A stretch of 63,721 nucleotides of DNA, filler included, from Octopus bimaculoides (lineage: Eukaryota): the NCBI RefSeq assembly GCF_001194135.2. It is 6 parts of 5 records of this genome, joined end to end, with 100 filler letters (N's around TTAATTAATTAA, not from the genome) between each part and the next. Parts side by side here need not be neighbours in the genome. Positions count along the whole stretch, not along the records: positions 1 to 21,546 come from NC_068985.1; 5 more parts are not named here. One strand, written 5' to 3'. The translations under genes and the position numbers were made by a program. Under the pieces are notes generated by a model that was not told the DNA's origin, searched no databases, and was given only the letters and a program-made list of their open reading frames with translations. Of this stretch, positions 1 to 12,379 are shown in pieces (positions within the stretch are counted from its first letter, which is position 1; each line of letters begins with the position of its first letter).

Positions 1-25
1 TATATATATATATATATATTTATAT

Positions 26-38
26 GTCGGGGTCACCA
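26..38 (-). promoter_or_regulatory. Primer-binding site complementary to the tRNA-Trp 3' end
   Basis: The minus strand reads TGGTGACCCCGAC. The plus strand GTCGGGGTCACCA equals the 3' 13 nt, including CCA, of eukaryotic tRNA-Trp(CCA) as recalled. Confidence 0.7.
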
Positions 39-41
39 GTT

Positions 42-999
42 TGTAGACGACCGTGCGAACCAAAGGAGAAATGATGACGAATGGAAAACAGGCTCCTTTT
101 AACGCGTTGCACGATCGACACAAAATATATGATATATGTTATAATACTATAACATAAGTGAACTAGTAAATGCCAGTAAGATAAAAGATATTGACTCAAC
201 CGATAAAGATGTATAACAGTAAGGTTTATTTGGAGCATTAAACTCTATGTCTGTGTGTGAGTGTGAATGCGACATAATAAAACACAATGTAAGACAGGCC
301 GTCATGTAAACAAAGAGTGTGTATACAAATATATGTATGTGAATGCAAGAGATACAGAGGATAGAAAAGAGTCAGTAACATGGATAAGACAATACCAGTT
401 TTGTTAAGGTACACAGTAGTTAGAAAGTTTGTATATAAGAGGTTAAGGTTGAGGCAGAGCTAAGTCACTTGTTGTGCAGTTGAGGCTTCTATGCCGGGCC
501 GGATTCTTGATACAGATGGTTTTCGCAGGTGTCGAATTCTGGCTGTTATTTCGTGGTGAACAATTCACACAAACAGGGTTGAGAAGCTGTGGTTCCTTCT
601 GTACGTGGAGAAGTCATGTTGACGTTGGCGACGTTGGAGACGAAAGTTGTAGTAAAGAGTTGAACGATGGTGTTGTTGTCGTCGCTGGAAACTGGCTGGC
701 TGTGTTATGTGTGGTTCACGACCAGATCTTAGAAGATCTGAAGGCGCGGGTTAAAGCAGGCTATGTATAGGTACAAGGAGGCTCCAGAAAGCATAAGAAA
801 AACTCTCTCACGTGACCTTATTAGATGGCCACAATTGGCTGGTTTGCATCCTGGCGCGAACGGACTGGAGACAATTGCCACGCAAATAATTGTCAGTCAG
901 GTGATGGACAACAGCCGGGGATCCAAGGCGGGAAAGAGATGTTACCTGCTACGTTCGCATTTGTAAATAAATAACCGTGAGAGAGGTGGTTTCACTACA
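42..999 (-). mobile_element. LTR (5' LTR) of an LTR retrotransposon, probably Gypsy or BEL/Pao
   Basis: The minus strand starts TGTAG (999) and ends CTACA (42), giving 5-bp inverted termini. A TATA-like TATATA lies near 432-437 and AATAAA near 225-230 on the minus strand. A PBS follows 3 nt downstream. Confidence 0.7.
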
Positions 1000-1284
1000 T
1001 ATTTACAATCATGTGAATTCAAAAGCTGACTTTAGTGTGGCCTCAGTTTCATTATGGCATTACTGTCTGCATCTTGTTTCCTAGTGTCCTTCATGCTTGC
1101 AAAATGCATTATGGATAACATGCAGACGTTTTTCTTGTCACGCCACACTAGAGCAAGAATGCCATTATCGGTGCATTGGTACGCTGTTTCCCCCTTTCAA
1201 AGTTTTATTGTGGGAAGATCAGGTAGCATGTTTTACCTCACAGTCCCACAGCTGCAAGAAGAGGTCTGGATTGGAAAGCCAGTT

Positions 1285-4200
1285 CATCATCATCATCATC
1301 ATCGTCGTTTAACGTCCACTTTCCATGCTAGCATGGGTTGGACGATTTGACTGAGGACTGGTGAAATCAGATGGCTACACCAGACTCCAATCTGATTTGG
1401 CAGAGTTTCTACAGCTGGATGCCCTTCCTAACGCCAACCACTCCGAGAGTGTAGTAGGTGCTATTACGTGCCACCGGCACAAAGGCCAGTCAGGCGGTAC
1501 TGGCAACAGCCATGCTCAAAATGGTGTATTTTGCGTTTCACCTGCACAGGAGCCAGTTCGGCAGCATTGGCAATGATCTTGCTCGAATGTCTTTACACGT
1601 GCCATCTGGCACAANNNNNNNNNNNNNNNNNNNNNNNNNNNNNNNNNNNNNNNNNNNNNNNNNNNNNNNNNNNNNNNNNNNNNNNNNNNNNNNNNNNNNN
1701 NNNNNNNNNNNNNNNNNTTTGCTTTCACTTGCCCCAATAGGTCTTTGCAAGCCGAGTTTCGTTTCCAATGAATAAGACGATGTTGCCATGGGTGCCAGTC
1801 ATCGAATTTAATTCGATTTCGATTTCACTTGCCTGAACAGGTCTTCGCAAGCAAAGTTTAGTTTTCCAATGAAGGAAGGTACGTATAAGTGGGCTGCCTG
1901 AGGCCATAGATTTAGGTCTCACTTGGCTTGCCGGGTCTTCTCAAGCACAGCATATTTCCAAAGGTCTCGGTCAGAAGTCATCGCCTCGGTGAGGCCCAAT
2001 GTTCGAAGGTCATGCCTCACCACCTCATCCCAGGTCTTCCTGGGCCTACCTCTTCCACAGGTTCCCTCCACTGTAAGGGTGTGACACTTTTTCACACAGC
2101 TATCCTCATCCATTCACAACACATGACCATACCAGCGCAATTGTCTTTCTTGCAAACCACAACTGATGCTCTCAACACTCTGTCTAGTATGCACACTGAC
2201 ATTACACATCCATCGGAGCATACTGGTTTCATTCCTTGTGAGCCTACGCATGTCCTCAGCAGTCACGGCCCATGTTTCACTGCCATGTAGCATGGCTGCT
2301 CGTACACGTGCGTCATACAGTCTGCCTTTTAATCTGAGAGAGAGACCCTTTGTAAGAGCTCTCTAAACTTTGCCCAGGCTATTCTTATTCTAGCAGCTAC
2401 GCATTCAGTGCACCCACCCCAACTCCTAATTTGGTCACCAAGATAGTGGAAGCTATCGACTACCTCTAGTTTTTCTCCCTGGAATGAGACAGAAGTTGTT
2501 TTCTGCACATTCACAGTGTTTACAACTCATGAACATCTGCTACAAACTTCCTAGTTAACTTTCCTTTGATATTGCTGCACCTCTTATGTGTCCATAGCTT
2601 GCACTAGGTGCATCTTATAGAGTTTCTACCCACGTCTTTTCTACAGATCGAGCAGGGCCATCTACCTGAAGGGGTTTGTGTTTTGTCTGCCTTCTTACTT
2701 ATTAGGACTTTGGTTTTAGCTAGGTTGACTCTAAGGCCCTTCGATTCTAGTCTGAAACTTCTCCTCTAGTTCTGATAGTGACTCAGCAATTAGTGCAAGG
2801 TCGTCCGCATAGGGGAGCTCTCAGGGGCATCCTGTCTTGAATTCATGTTATAGCCTGGAGGACTATGATGAATAGGAGGGGGATGAGGACTCATCCTCGG
2901 TGGACCCCTGCCTCTACCCGGAATTCTTCACTGTACTCATTGACAACCCTCACCTTACTGACAGTGTCTCTGTACATGGCTCACACAGCTCTCACTAACC
3001 ATTCATCTATCCCTAGTTTCCTCATTGACCACCAGATGAGAGATCGGGAGTCCCTGTTGAAGGCTTTCTCCATGTCAACAAAAGCCAGGTACAGAGGTTT
3101 ATCTTTGGCTAGGTATTTCTCCTGCAGCTGTCTTACCAGAAATATAGCATCAGTGGTGCTTTTCCCAGGCACGAACCCAAACTGCATCTCATCTAAACTG
3201 ACTCACTCCCTAAGTAGTTGGGCTATGACCCTCTCTGTGACTTTCATTACCTGATCTAAAAGCTTGATACCTCTGTAATTATTTGTATCTAAAGCGTTAC
3301 CTTTACCTTTGTAGCAGTTGACTATGGTGCTGCTACACCAGTCATTGGGTATGACTCCTTCATGTATCACTTGGTTAACAATATGGGTGACTAGGTTATA
3401 GCCGACGCTGCCAGATATTTTGAGCATCTCTGCAGTGATTCCTGATGGGCCGGGGCCTTCCCTGTCTTCATACTCTTAATTGTTTTATCTACCATGGTAC
3501 TGTCAATTCGGATAGCTGGTCCCTCTGTTGGGACGACATTTGGCAGACTCTCTTTCTCCCATTCATTCTCTTTATTGGGCAATCTTTCGTTGTGGCGTCT
3601 CCAAACCACTTTCTTTGCAGCCTCGTTTAGTGCAAGCGTACCATCATCCATGCGAACACATTTCTCTCCCACAACATCACGATTCTATCTCACACACTGT
3701 CTTGCAACACGAAATACCTCGAGTCTTTGGTCCTCANNNNNNNNNNATAGCCCTGTCAACAACATTGTTCCACCACCACATTATTTTCGGTCGAGAGGGG
3801 ACCTTGCACCAACCACAGATCTGGTCGGTGGCCCTCAGCAGGTTGTCCCGTAGAAACGTCCAGTTGTCCTCTACATTGTGTGAAGCTACAACCCCCTCTA
3901 TTTCGTCGAAGGCTTCGAGTAATAAGTCTCTAAATCTCTGTCCATTCATAGGATCTTTGAGCTTCCAGACCCTTCTCCTCCAAGCTGGTCATCTTCTGGG
4001 CAGCCACTTAGCCCTGATCCTGAAGTCACTAACTACTAGTCAACGTTGTGGAGTACATTCTTCGCCTGGGAATGTTTTGGCCTTTATAAGCAGCCGTCTT
4101 TCCCTTTTCCTGGCAAGGATGTAGTCAATTTGGCTAGTGTGCCTGCCAGAACGGTAGGTGACTAGGTGACTGGCAGGTTTCCTGAAGTTAGTATTGCAGA

Positions 4201-4990
4201 CCATAAGATCATTTGCATCACAGAACTCCAGCAGCCTGGTNNNNNNNNNNCAGACCATAAGATCATTTGCATCACAGAACTCCAGCAGCCTGGTTCCCTC
4301 CTCATTGCGGGAACCAAAACAATAGCCTCCATGTACGCCATAGAAGCCCCCAGAATGTTGTCCAACATGACCATTGAAGTCACCAGCCACAAAGAGAAGG
4401 TCCATGTCATTCGTCGACGAGGTAGTCTGCAGGAGGGAGTCATAAAATCGGTTTTTCTGTCCATCGGGTAGCCCGGACTGAGGGGCATAGGCCGAGATAA
4501 TGGTTGCTAACCCATGGTGAAGGACTAATCTAATCTTAAGTATTCTATCACATACTCTAACTACCTCGATTACCTTATCCACCCATTTCTCTGCAAGAAG
4601 TATACCCACGCCCCCGACCCCATCAGTGTTTCCTGCCCAGAAAATCTTGTACCTGTGTTCTTTGCCTGTGAGGAACCTAGCGGAACCTCCTCTCCACCTT
4701 ACTTCTTGAAGGCAGCAGATATCGTCACATCTCCATTCAAGCATCTCAACAATCTCACCAGACCTACCTTTCAGTGTGCTGACGTTAAGAGTGCCAACCC
4801 TGAGGTTGTGGGAGGTATGGGCCCATGAGACCCTGGGGCGGGGAACAGCAGCGTCATGTACCTGAAAAGAAAGCTCGCATTTTGCAGAAAACATAACAAT
4901 CAGTAGCATTCATTTCAGCCAGCATCTACTATACTATCGTATTTTGCACCATATGATCTCTACCTTACATAGGGGATAAACCCTAAGTGG
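1285..4990 (-). mobile_element. RTE-clade LINE, near full length, degenerate (copy A)
   Basis: Has an APE endonuclease (GTLNVSTLKGR, CCLQEVRW, AGDFNGHVG, SQIDYIL), RT (NYRGIKLL, QFGFVPGKSTTDAIFLVRQLQEKY, AFVDMEKAF) and C-terminus (GRGRPRKTW). An (ATG)n tail lies near 1285-1305. Contains frameshifts, stops and assembly gaps. Confidence 0.95.
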
Positions 4991-5329
4991 GGNNNNNNNN
5001 NNCGTGCGAAGCAAGGTGTTAATCGAAAGAGGGAGGAGAAGAGAGATAGAGAGATAGGGAACTAGGGAGTGTGGTCGAGAGAGACATAGTAAAACAGATA
5101 TCGAAAGAGACAGAGTAAAGCAGAGAGGGTTATGCCAAAGCACAAGGTATTATAGAGAGATATTTTGGAGATTTCTATCGCCTAGACACAGTAAATATTG
5201 AATGGTAGAAATATAGGATAGAGAGATAAGGGTTTTCAGCCAGCTAGCTCTAAGACAGAGTTATAGGGTTAAGTGACTATGTGAGAAAATACAACTGAAA
5301 ACATGACACTTGAATAAATGAGTGAATTT

Positions 5330-6551
5330 GGCGACATCGTTTTTGACAACAGAAATAAGCAATGTGTAAGGTATTTACAGATCAGGGCATGTCAAACAAG
5401 TTTTCATTCAGTGACAACATGCATCAGTTGATGGAAGAGTAGACGCTGGAAGATCCAGTCTGTCCTGACCAGTGTAGATTTTGTAATTCCACATGCTCTG
5501 CCAGTTGACTAGCATACTTTATAAACCTTGACTCCAAAGCAGGCACATTTGGTTGGGTTGTATTATTTGAATCGGAGCCTTCCCTTGAATTTCCACAAAC
5601 TCTCATCCATACAGATATCCTGTGTGGGGACATAGACCGTTCTAATATTTTCAGTCAGTTTGTCAATGGTAGGATGTATTTTGTGCAGCCTGTCATCCTG
5701 GTTCTTGTCTGAGTTGAAATGTAGATTTCAAAGAAGCACCAAAAATTGATCACGTGACATCATTTCCAGAAAGAAAGATATCAACGTGGTTGGATCCCAA
5801 CTCCAATATGATGCCAGGGTCAGTTTCTTCACGATGCCCATCAGTATCAGCAGGGCAAGCAGAACTTTGATTTTGTCCCTTGTGGTTGGAAGCCAATTAT
5901 CCCCATGCTCAGGTCTGACATGTTGGGGATGGTTTTCAGCATAGTCATTTGTTTTGTCTGCTATATATTGAAGCATTTCATCCATCAAAAAATTGTGGAA
6001 GATTTCCAATGGTGAACTTCCATGTTCAAGGTTTGCTTTTATACCAGGCATACCAGTAAACCCATGCTGTCGGACAAAATTGTCTCTTGCTCGCCACACA
6101 GCATTTTGTTTCCAGGACAATTCATTGCTGCCACCTGTACCTTTGATTCACCGGAATATCATCATCGCTATCAGAATCATCTGATTCTGAACTAAGAAAA
6201 TACTCTCAAAGTCATCGTCCAAACCAGAAGAAACAACTGGTGAGGTGGTAGAGCTTGATGCGACAACTGTAAATTTGATGAAACAGGATGCAATGACAAA
6301 GTTGATGGAGCTGTAGTGGTAGGATGCAACGATTATAAATTCAACAAAACAAAGTTGACAGAGCTGGAGTGACAGGACCAGCCTATTGAGTTGTAAATAT
6401 TTACATGAAACATCTAGTTGGCCTGTCAGTTTGCAGGTGGACTGGTACTAACTCAGGCAACAGGTTCTTAGTCAGGCAGTGTATAATTATGTCAACCAAT
6501 TTAAAGCATGTATATTGTGTATGTAAATTTATGTCAATCGTTTTAAAAGGG
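5330..6551 (-). mobile_element. piggyBac-type DNA transposon remnant (PGBD4-like transposase fragment)
   Basis: ORF 6120-5728 reads SPLEIFHNFLMDEMLQYIADKTNDYA...LLALLILMGIVK...SYWS...MSRDQF, continuing NLHF...DRLHKI and, after a frameshift, ICMDESLWKFKGRLRFK. A candidate end GGG|TTAA lies at 6549-6555. Confidence 0.85.
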
Positions 6552-6559
6552 TTAAACTC

Positions 6560-7190
6560 AGTACCCACACCACAGACACCATTATGTCCCTCTAGCATAT
6601 ACAAACACTTACACACATTCACACATGCACACGCACACTCCTTCCCACTCCACATGCACTAGCACCCAACACCTTCCAATCCCTACCTCTCATCACCCCT
6701 ATTTTACCTCATACCTCCATGCACCCCACCCACAACACACATGCCAGATGGCCTCACATACACATATAAGCACCCATACACATATACATATGCAGAAACA
6801 CAGCATATTACACACACATCCACTCCATACACACACACACTTGTTGCACAGACACCCACTTTATGCACAAACACATGCATGCACACATGCTACTTGCACA
6901 AAACATGCATGTACACATTAGCTGTTACATACATGCATTTGTACACATGTACGCACATAATTTACACAGTTCATACACTCCCACACACATATACACATGA
7001 CCACATGCATAAATACACAGAGTACACAAGCATATATTGCTCCACACAGAACAATAATCTGTTTATTCATACACATACACACACACTATCATATGTACAC
7101 GCACACACACACACAATCTTATGATTGCCAACACATACACACATATACATTGACACACGCACACACACACATATACAGAGAGAGAGAGAT
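6560..7190. repeat. Degenerate (CA)/(CATA)-rich low-complexity tract
   Basis: Visible in the sequence; it produces the His/Thr-rich pseudo-ORFs. Confidence 0.9.
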
Positions 7191-7339
7191 AAAGTTCTTC
7201 AGTATTTTATATTTGGCATGAAGAGAAGCTAGGAGACAGGTTTATTTAGCAAGAGGGGAAGCAGATAAGAAAAAATTTGCCGATGTTTTGCGCTGTGAGG
7301 ACCAAAGACTTGAGGTATTTTGTGTTGCAAGAGAGTGTG

Positions 7340-9925
7340 TGAGAGAATCATGATGCCGTAGGAGAGAAATGTGTCCGCATGGATGATGGTACACTTGCAC
7401 TAAACAAGGCTGCAAAGAGAGTGGTTTGGAGATGCCACTATAAAAGGTTGCTCCATAAAGATAGTCTGCTGAATGTCAACCCAACAGAGGGACCAGCTAT
7501 CCGAGTTGACAGTACCATGGTAGATAAAACAATTAAGAGTATGAAAACAGGGAAAGCCCCCGGCCCATCAGGAATCACTGCAGAGATGCTCAAAATATCT
7601 GGCAGTGTTGGCTATAGCCTAGTCACCCATATTGTTAACCAGGTGATACACGAAGGAGTCATACCCAATGACTGGTGTAGCAGCACCATAGACAACTGCT
7701 ACAAAGATAAGGGTGATACTTTAAATACAAATAATTACAGAGGTATCAAGTTGTTGGATCAGGTAATGAAGGTCACGGAGAGGGTCATAGCCCAATTAAT
7801 TAGAGAGAGAGTCAGTTTAGATGAGATGCAGCTTGGGTTCGAGCCAGGGAAAAGCACCACTGATGCTATATTTCTGGTAAGACAGCTGCAGGAGAAATAC
7901 CTAGCCAAAGATAAACCTCTGTACCTGGCTTTCGTTGACATAGAGAAAGCTTTTGACAGGGTCCCCCAATCTCTTATCTGGTGGGCAATGAGGAAACTAG
8001 GGATAGATGAATGGTTAGAAGGAGAGCTGTGCAAGCCATGTACAGGGATGCTGTCATTAAGGTGAGGGTTAGCAACGAGTACAGTGAAGAATTCCGGGTA
8101 GAGGCAGGGGTCAACCGAGGATGAGACCTCATCCCCCTCTTATTTATCATAGTGCTCCAGGCAATAACAGAGGAATTCAAGACAAGATACCCCTGAGAGC
8201 TCCTCTATGCTGATGACCTTGCTCTAATTGCTAAGTCACTATCAGAACTAGAGGAGAAGTTTCAGGTGTGGAAGCAAGGATTAGAATCAAAGGACCTTAG
8301 AGTCNNNNNNNNNNGTGGAAGCAAGGATTAGAATCAAAGGACCTTAGAGTCAACCTAGCTAAAACCAAAGTCTTAATAAGTAGGAAGGCAGACAAACCAC
8401 AAATCCCTTCAGGTAGATGGCCGTGCTTGATCTGTAGAAAAGACGTAGATCTAAACTCCATAAGATGTACCCAGTGTAAGCTATGGACACATAAGAGATG
8501 CAGCAATATCAAAGGAAGGCTAACTGGGAAGATAGTTTTTGTATGTGGCAAATGCTCANNNNNNNNNNATCAAAGGAAGGCTAACTGGGAAGATAGTTTT
8601 TGTATGTGGCAAATGCTCAGATTCTATAAACACAGAAAATGTTCAGAGAACAGCTTCTGTCACATTCCAGGGAGGAAAACTAGAAGTTGTTAATAGCTTC
8701 CGCTACCTAGGTGACCAAGTTTGTAGCGGGGGAGGGTGCGCTGAAAGTGTAGCTGCTAGAATAAGAATAGCCTGGGCAAAGTTTAGAGAGCTCTTACTTC
8801 TGCTGGTGACAAAGGGCCTCTCACTCAGAGTAAAAGGCAGACTGTATGACTCTTGTGTATGAACAGCTATGCTGTATGGCAGTGAAACATGGGCAGTGAC
8901 TGCTGAGGACGTGTATGCTCGCAAGAAACGAAACCAGTATGCTCCACTGGATGTGTAATGTCAGGGTGCATTCCCAACTGAGTGTAAGCGCCTTGTGAGA
9001 AAAGTTGGATTTAAGAAGCATCAGATGTGGTGTGCAAGAGAGACAACTGTGCTGGTATGGTCATGTGTTGCGAATGAATGAGGACAGCTGTGTGAAAAAG
9101 TGTCACACCCTTACAGTTGAGGGAACCTTTGGAAGAGGTAGACCCAGGAAGACCTGGGGTGAGGTAGTAAAGCACGACCTTCGAACATTGGGCCTTACCA
9201 AGGCAATGACTTCTGACCGAGACCTTTGGAGATATGCTGTGCTTGAGAAGATCCAGCAAGCCAAGTGAGACCATAACCCGTGGCCTATGCTAGTGGGTGT
9301 AACCAGCCCACTTATGAGTACCCCTCATTCATTGGACAATAAACATTGCTTGCGAAGGCCTATTGAAGCAAATAAAATCAAAATCAAAATTGCTGACGTG
9401 ACCGATGACAGTACCGCCTGACTGGCACTTATGCCAATGGAATGTTAAAAGCACATCTAAGCATGGGGTGTAACCAGGCCACTGATGAGTACCCCTCATT
9501 CATTGGATAATAAACTTTGCTTGCAAAGACCTGTTGAGGCAAGTGAAATCAAAATCAAAATCGCTGACGTGACTGATGACAGTACCACGTGATTGGAACT
9601 CGTGGTAGTGGGATGTTAAAAGCACCATCTGAGCATGATCTTTTCCAGGGCCACTGATTGGCTCCTATGCTGGTGGCACATAAAAAGCATCATTCGAGCA
9701 TGATCTTTGCCAGCATCGCCTTACTGGCACATGTGCCAGTGGCATGTGGTAAACAACATTCAAGTGTGGTCATTGCCAGTGCTGCCAGACTTGCTCCCAT
9801 GCAGGTAGCATGTAAAAAACACCTTTTGAGCATGGTCGTTGCCAGAACCGCCTGACTGGCCCTCATGCCGGTGGCACATAAAAGCACACACTACACTCTC
9901 AGAGTGGTTGGCATCAGAGTGGTTG
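7340..9925 (+). mobile_element. RTE-clade LINE, 5'-truncated (copy B, same family as copy A)
   Basis: ORF 7379-8065 covers RT domains 0-3. It continues with LLYADDL, a PHD-like finger at 8424-8555, YLGDQV, GRGRPRKTW and a repetitive 3' UTR matching copy A in reverse complement. Confidence 0.95.
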
Positions 9926-11415
9926 TATGTATATGACAATGGTCTCTTGTACTCCAAGAAAGACAGTTCTACAATTTCTTGTTGAACAGCCTGCACAAAT
10001 GATTTATTTACAGTGATCAAATATTTGTGCTGGATCTGTCACAGGATTCACAGACAACAGATGGACCTGTGCAGTTGTTGAGTAGTATCCATGAAATTAG
10101 AATAGGCCATTCAGAAGGACTCCACAATGATGGGAAGACAATTTAATCAAGCAGTTTGAGTCAAAATGAAAAAGAATGGCACAATCAAGATAAAATTGGA
10201 AGTGCATTGTGACCAATGGTGTATGACAGCATCTGCTGGACTGGTTGATACTGTGAAACTGGGATATATAATCATATATGAGTGTATGTGTGTGTGTGTG
10301 TGATTATAGTGTACTATTCTGTGATTGTAAAATCAATAAAAAAAATTTTCTCCATCTGGTGAAAGATAAGTATTATTTAATAAACACAGTATATGTTTTT
10401 ATGTGCTACTGTTAGTTTCATATGCTGAGAACATGCCAAACAGTGTTTTATAACACATCTGGTGTCCTAGCACAATCATCAGATACTGCCCATGTGGCAT
10501 AATGAGCAAAAAATGGGATGAGTGAAAAAGTGAGAAAAGGCAAGAAAGAAGTACATATAAAAGGTGGAAGGTTGGAAAACTGGAAAACCTAAAAGAAGCA
10601 AAAAGGGGGGAATTTGAGTTATTTCCCTTATATTGTAAATTATAAGGTTGAAAAGATAGTGGCTTAGAGTCTATGACACAGTTATTCAATCCTTCAGTCA
10701 ATTAGGCCTTAAAATCACAGATATTACTGTCTAAAGTTGATTTTTTAGATGTTTCCCTAGACCTGAACTCCTCCTCTTATAAACCTTACCATAAGGAAAA
10801 ACACAACAGAGTTACCACTACCACTGACAACAACACCAACATATAGTAGTAATAGTGATTGTACTTGCAGAAGTACTAATAACAATGATAGATAAAAGTG
10901 GTGTAAGTGATAGTAGTGATATTATGATAACTTACCAAAACTAAACTTTAAAAAAAGGCAATAATTAGCATTAACAGGTGACACATTGTAACTGTGACAT
11001 GGTCAGGCCATTGGCAACTAAATCGGCAACCCCACTACGCTTGTTTGGTGAGGAGGGTGAAAATTGATTTTTGGACATTTTGTGGGAGGAAAAACAAGTA
11101 CTAGCAAAGATTATAGGAACCCAGAAGAGTCAATGGCCATCCAAAAATGGGTGGACAGAACTCATTAGACTGGGTTGGCAGTCAGTATAGGAGAAGGAAC
11201 ACTTTGATTTAAAAACTGGGGTAGACAGATCTCCTTAATCATCTTGGTAACAACCTGTCAGTAGCCAATGGCTTCTCCCTTTGGATGAAAGCACCAACCA
11301 GGACCTATCTCCTGAGTAATGGTTAGATGAGGATAAGGACCATTCAACATCATTCGTTTCCCAGTGGAAATCATGGACATCATATGAACAACAATGACAA
11401 TATATAAATATATAC

Positions 11416-11786
11416 AGGCAAATGAGTGGCTGTGTGGTAAGTAGCTTCATTACCAACCACATGGCTCCGGGTTCAGTCCCACTGCATGGCACCTTGGGTG
11501 AGTGTCTTCTACTATAGCCTTGGGCCAACCAAAGCCTTGCGAGTGGATTTGGTAGACAGAAACTGAAAGAAGCCTGTTGTATATATATATATATATATAT
11601 NNNNNNNNNNGACAACTGATGTTTGTGTGTTTTCGTCCCTGTAACTTAGCAGTTCAACAAATGAGACCAATAGAATAAGGACTAGGCTTACAAAGAATAA
11701 GTCCTGGGGTTGATTTGTTTGACTAAAGGCAGTGCTCCAGCATGGCCACAGTCAAATGGCTGAAACAAATAAAATAATAAAAGAAT
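11416..11786 (+). mobile_element. tRNA-derived SINE family B (CORE-like box, internal TA/TG microsatellite)
   Basis: Head GGCTGTGTGGTAAG...GGGTTCAGTCCC, then GGCACCTTGGG..., an internal (TA)n and an A-rich tail. At least five other copies occur in the window. Confidence 0.85.
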
Positions 11787-11952
11787 ATATGTTTATTTAT
11801 CATTATTTATTTATTTTATCTTATTTTTTAATTTTATTTATTTTACTTTCATTTTCATTTTTTTATTGTTGTTGCTGCTGTCATTATCAATATTATTGTC
11901 ATTGTTATTATTATCATTATTGTTGTTATTCTTTTCATTATTATTATTATTA

Positions 11953-12140
11953 AAGGCAGTGAGCTGGCAGAATTGTTAGTCATCGCTACGTTCTGAGTTT
12001 AAATTCCACCAAGATTGACTTTGCCTTTCATCCTTTCGGGGTTGATAAAACAAGCATCAGTTAAACACTGGGATTGATGTAATTGACTAGCTCCCACCAC
12101 CAAAAAAAATTTCAGGCTTTGTGCCTATAGTAGAAAGGAT
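11953..12140 (+). mobile_element. tRNA-derived SINE family A
   Basis: AAGGCAGTGAGCTGGCAGAA head with central GACTTTGCCTTTCATCCTTTCGGGG box, shared with the copies at 16259, 33611, 60673 and 60920. Confidence 0.85.
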
Positions 12141-12379
12141 TATCATTACTATTATGATTATTATTATTTTATATTAGGTGTGGAGGCTTCATCAGTTATT
12201 AAATCCTGAGCAAATTCCATCTTCAGTACTCCTGAACCACCAGCCCTGCATCCAGATAACCTTTTCCCCATGTAGCATTATTATGTACCAAAGTCTAGGC
12301 TATTTGAATGGATGACACAAGCCTATACCACTTAAAACAAATTTATTTTGGAGGTAGTCTGAAAGCAAATTGAAAGTCT

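Noticed and set aside
4199-8600. Short direct duplications on both sides of 10-N gaps (near 4241, 8305 and 8559)
   Set aside because: These are unmerged contig overlaps, not real tandem duplications.
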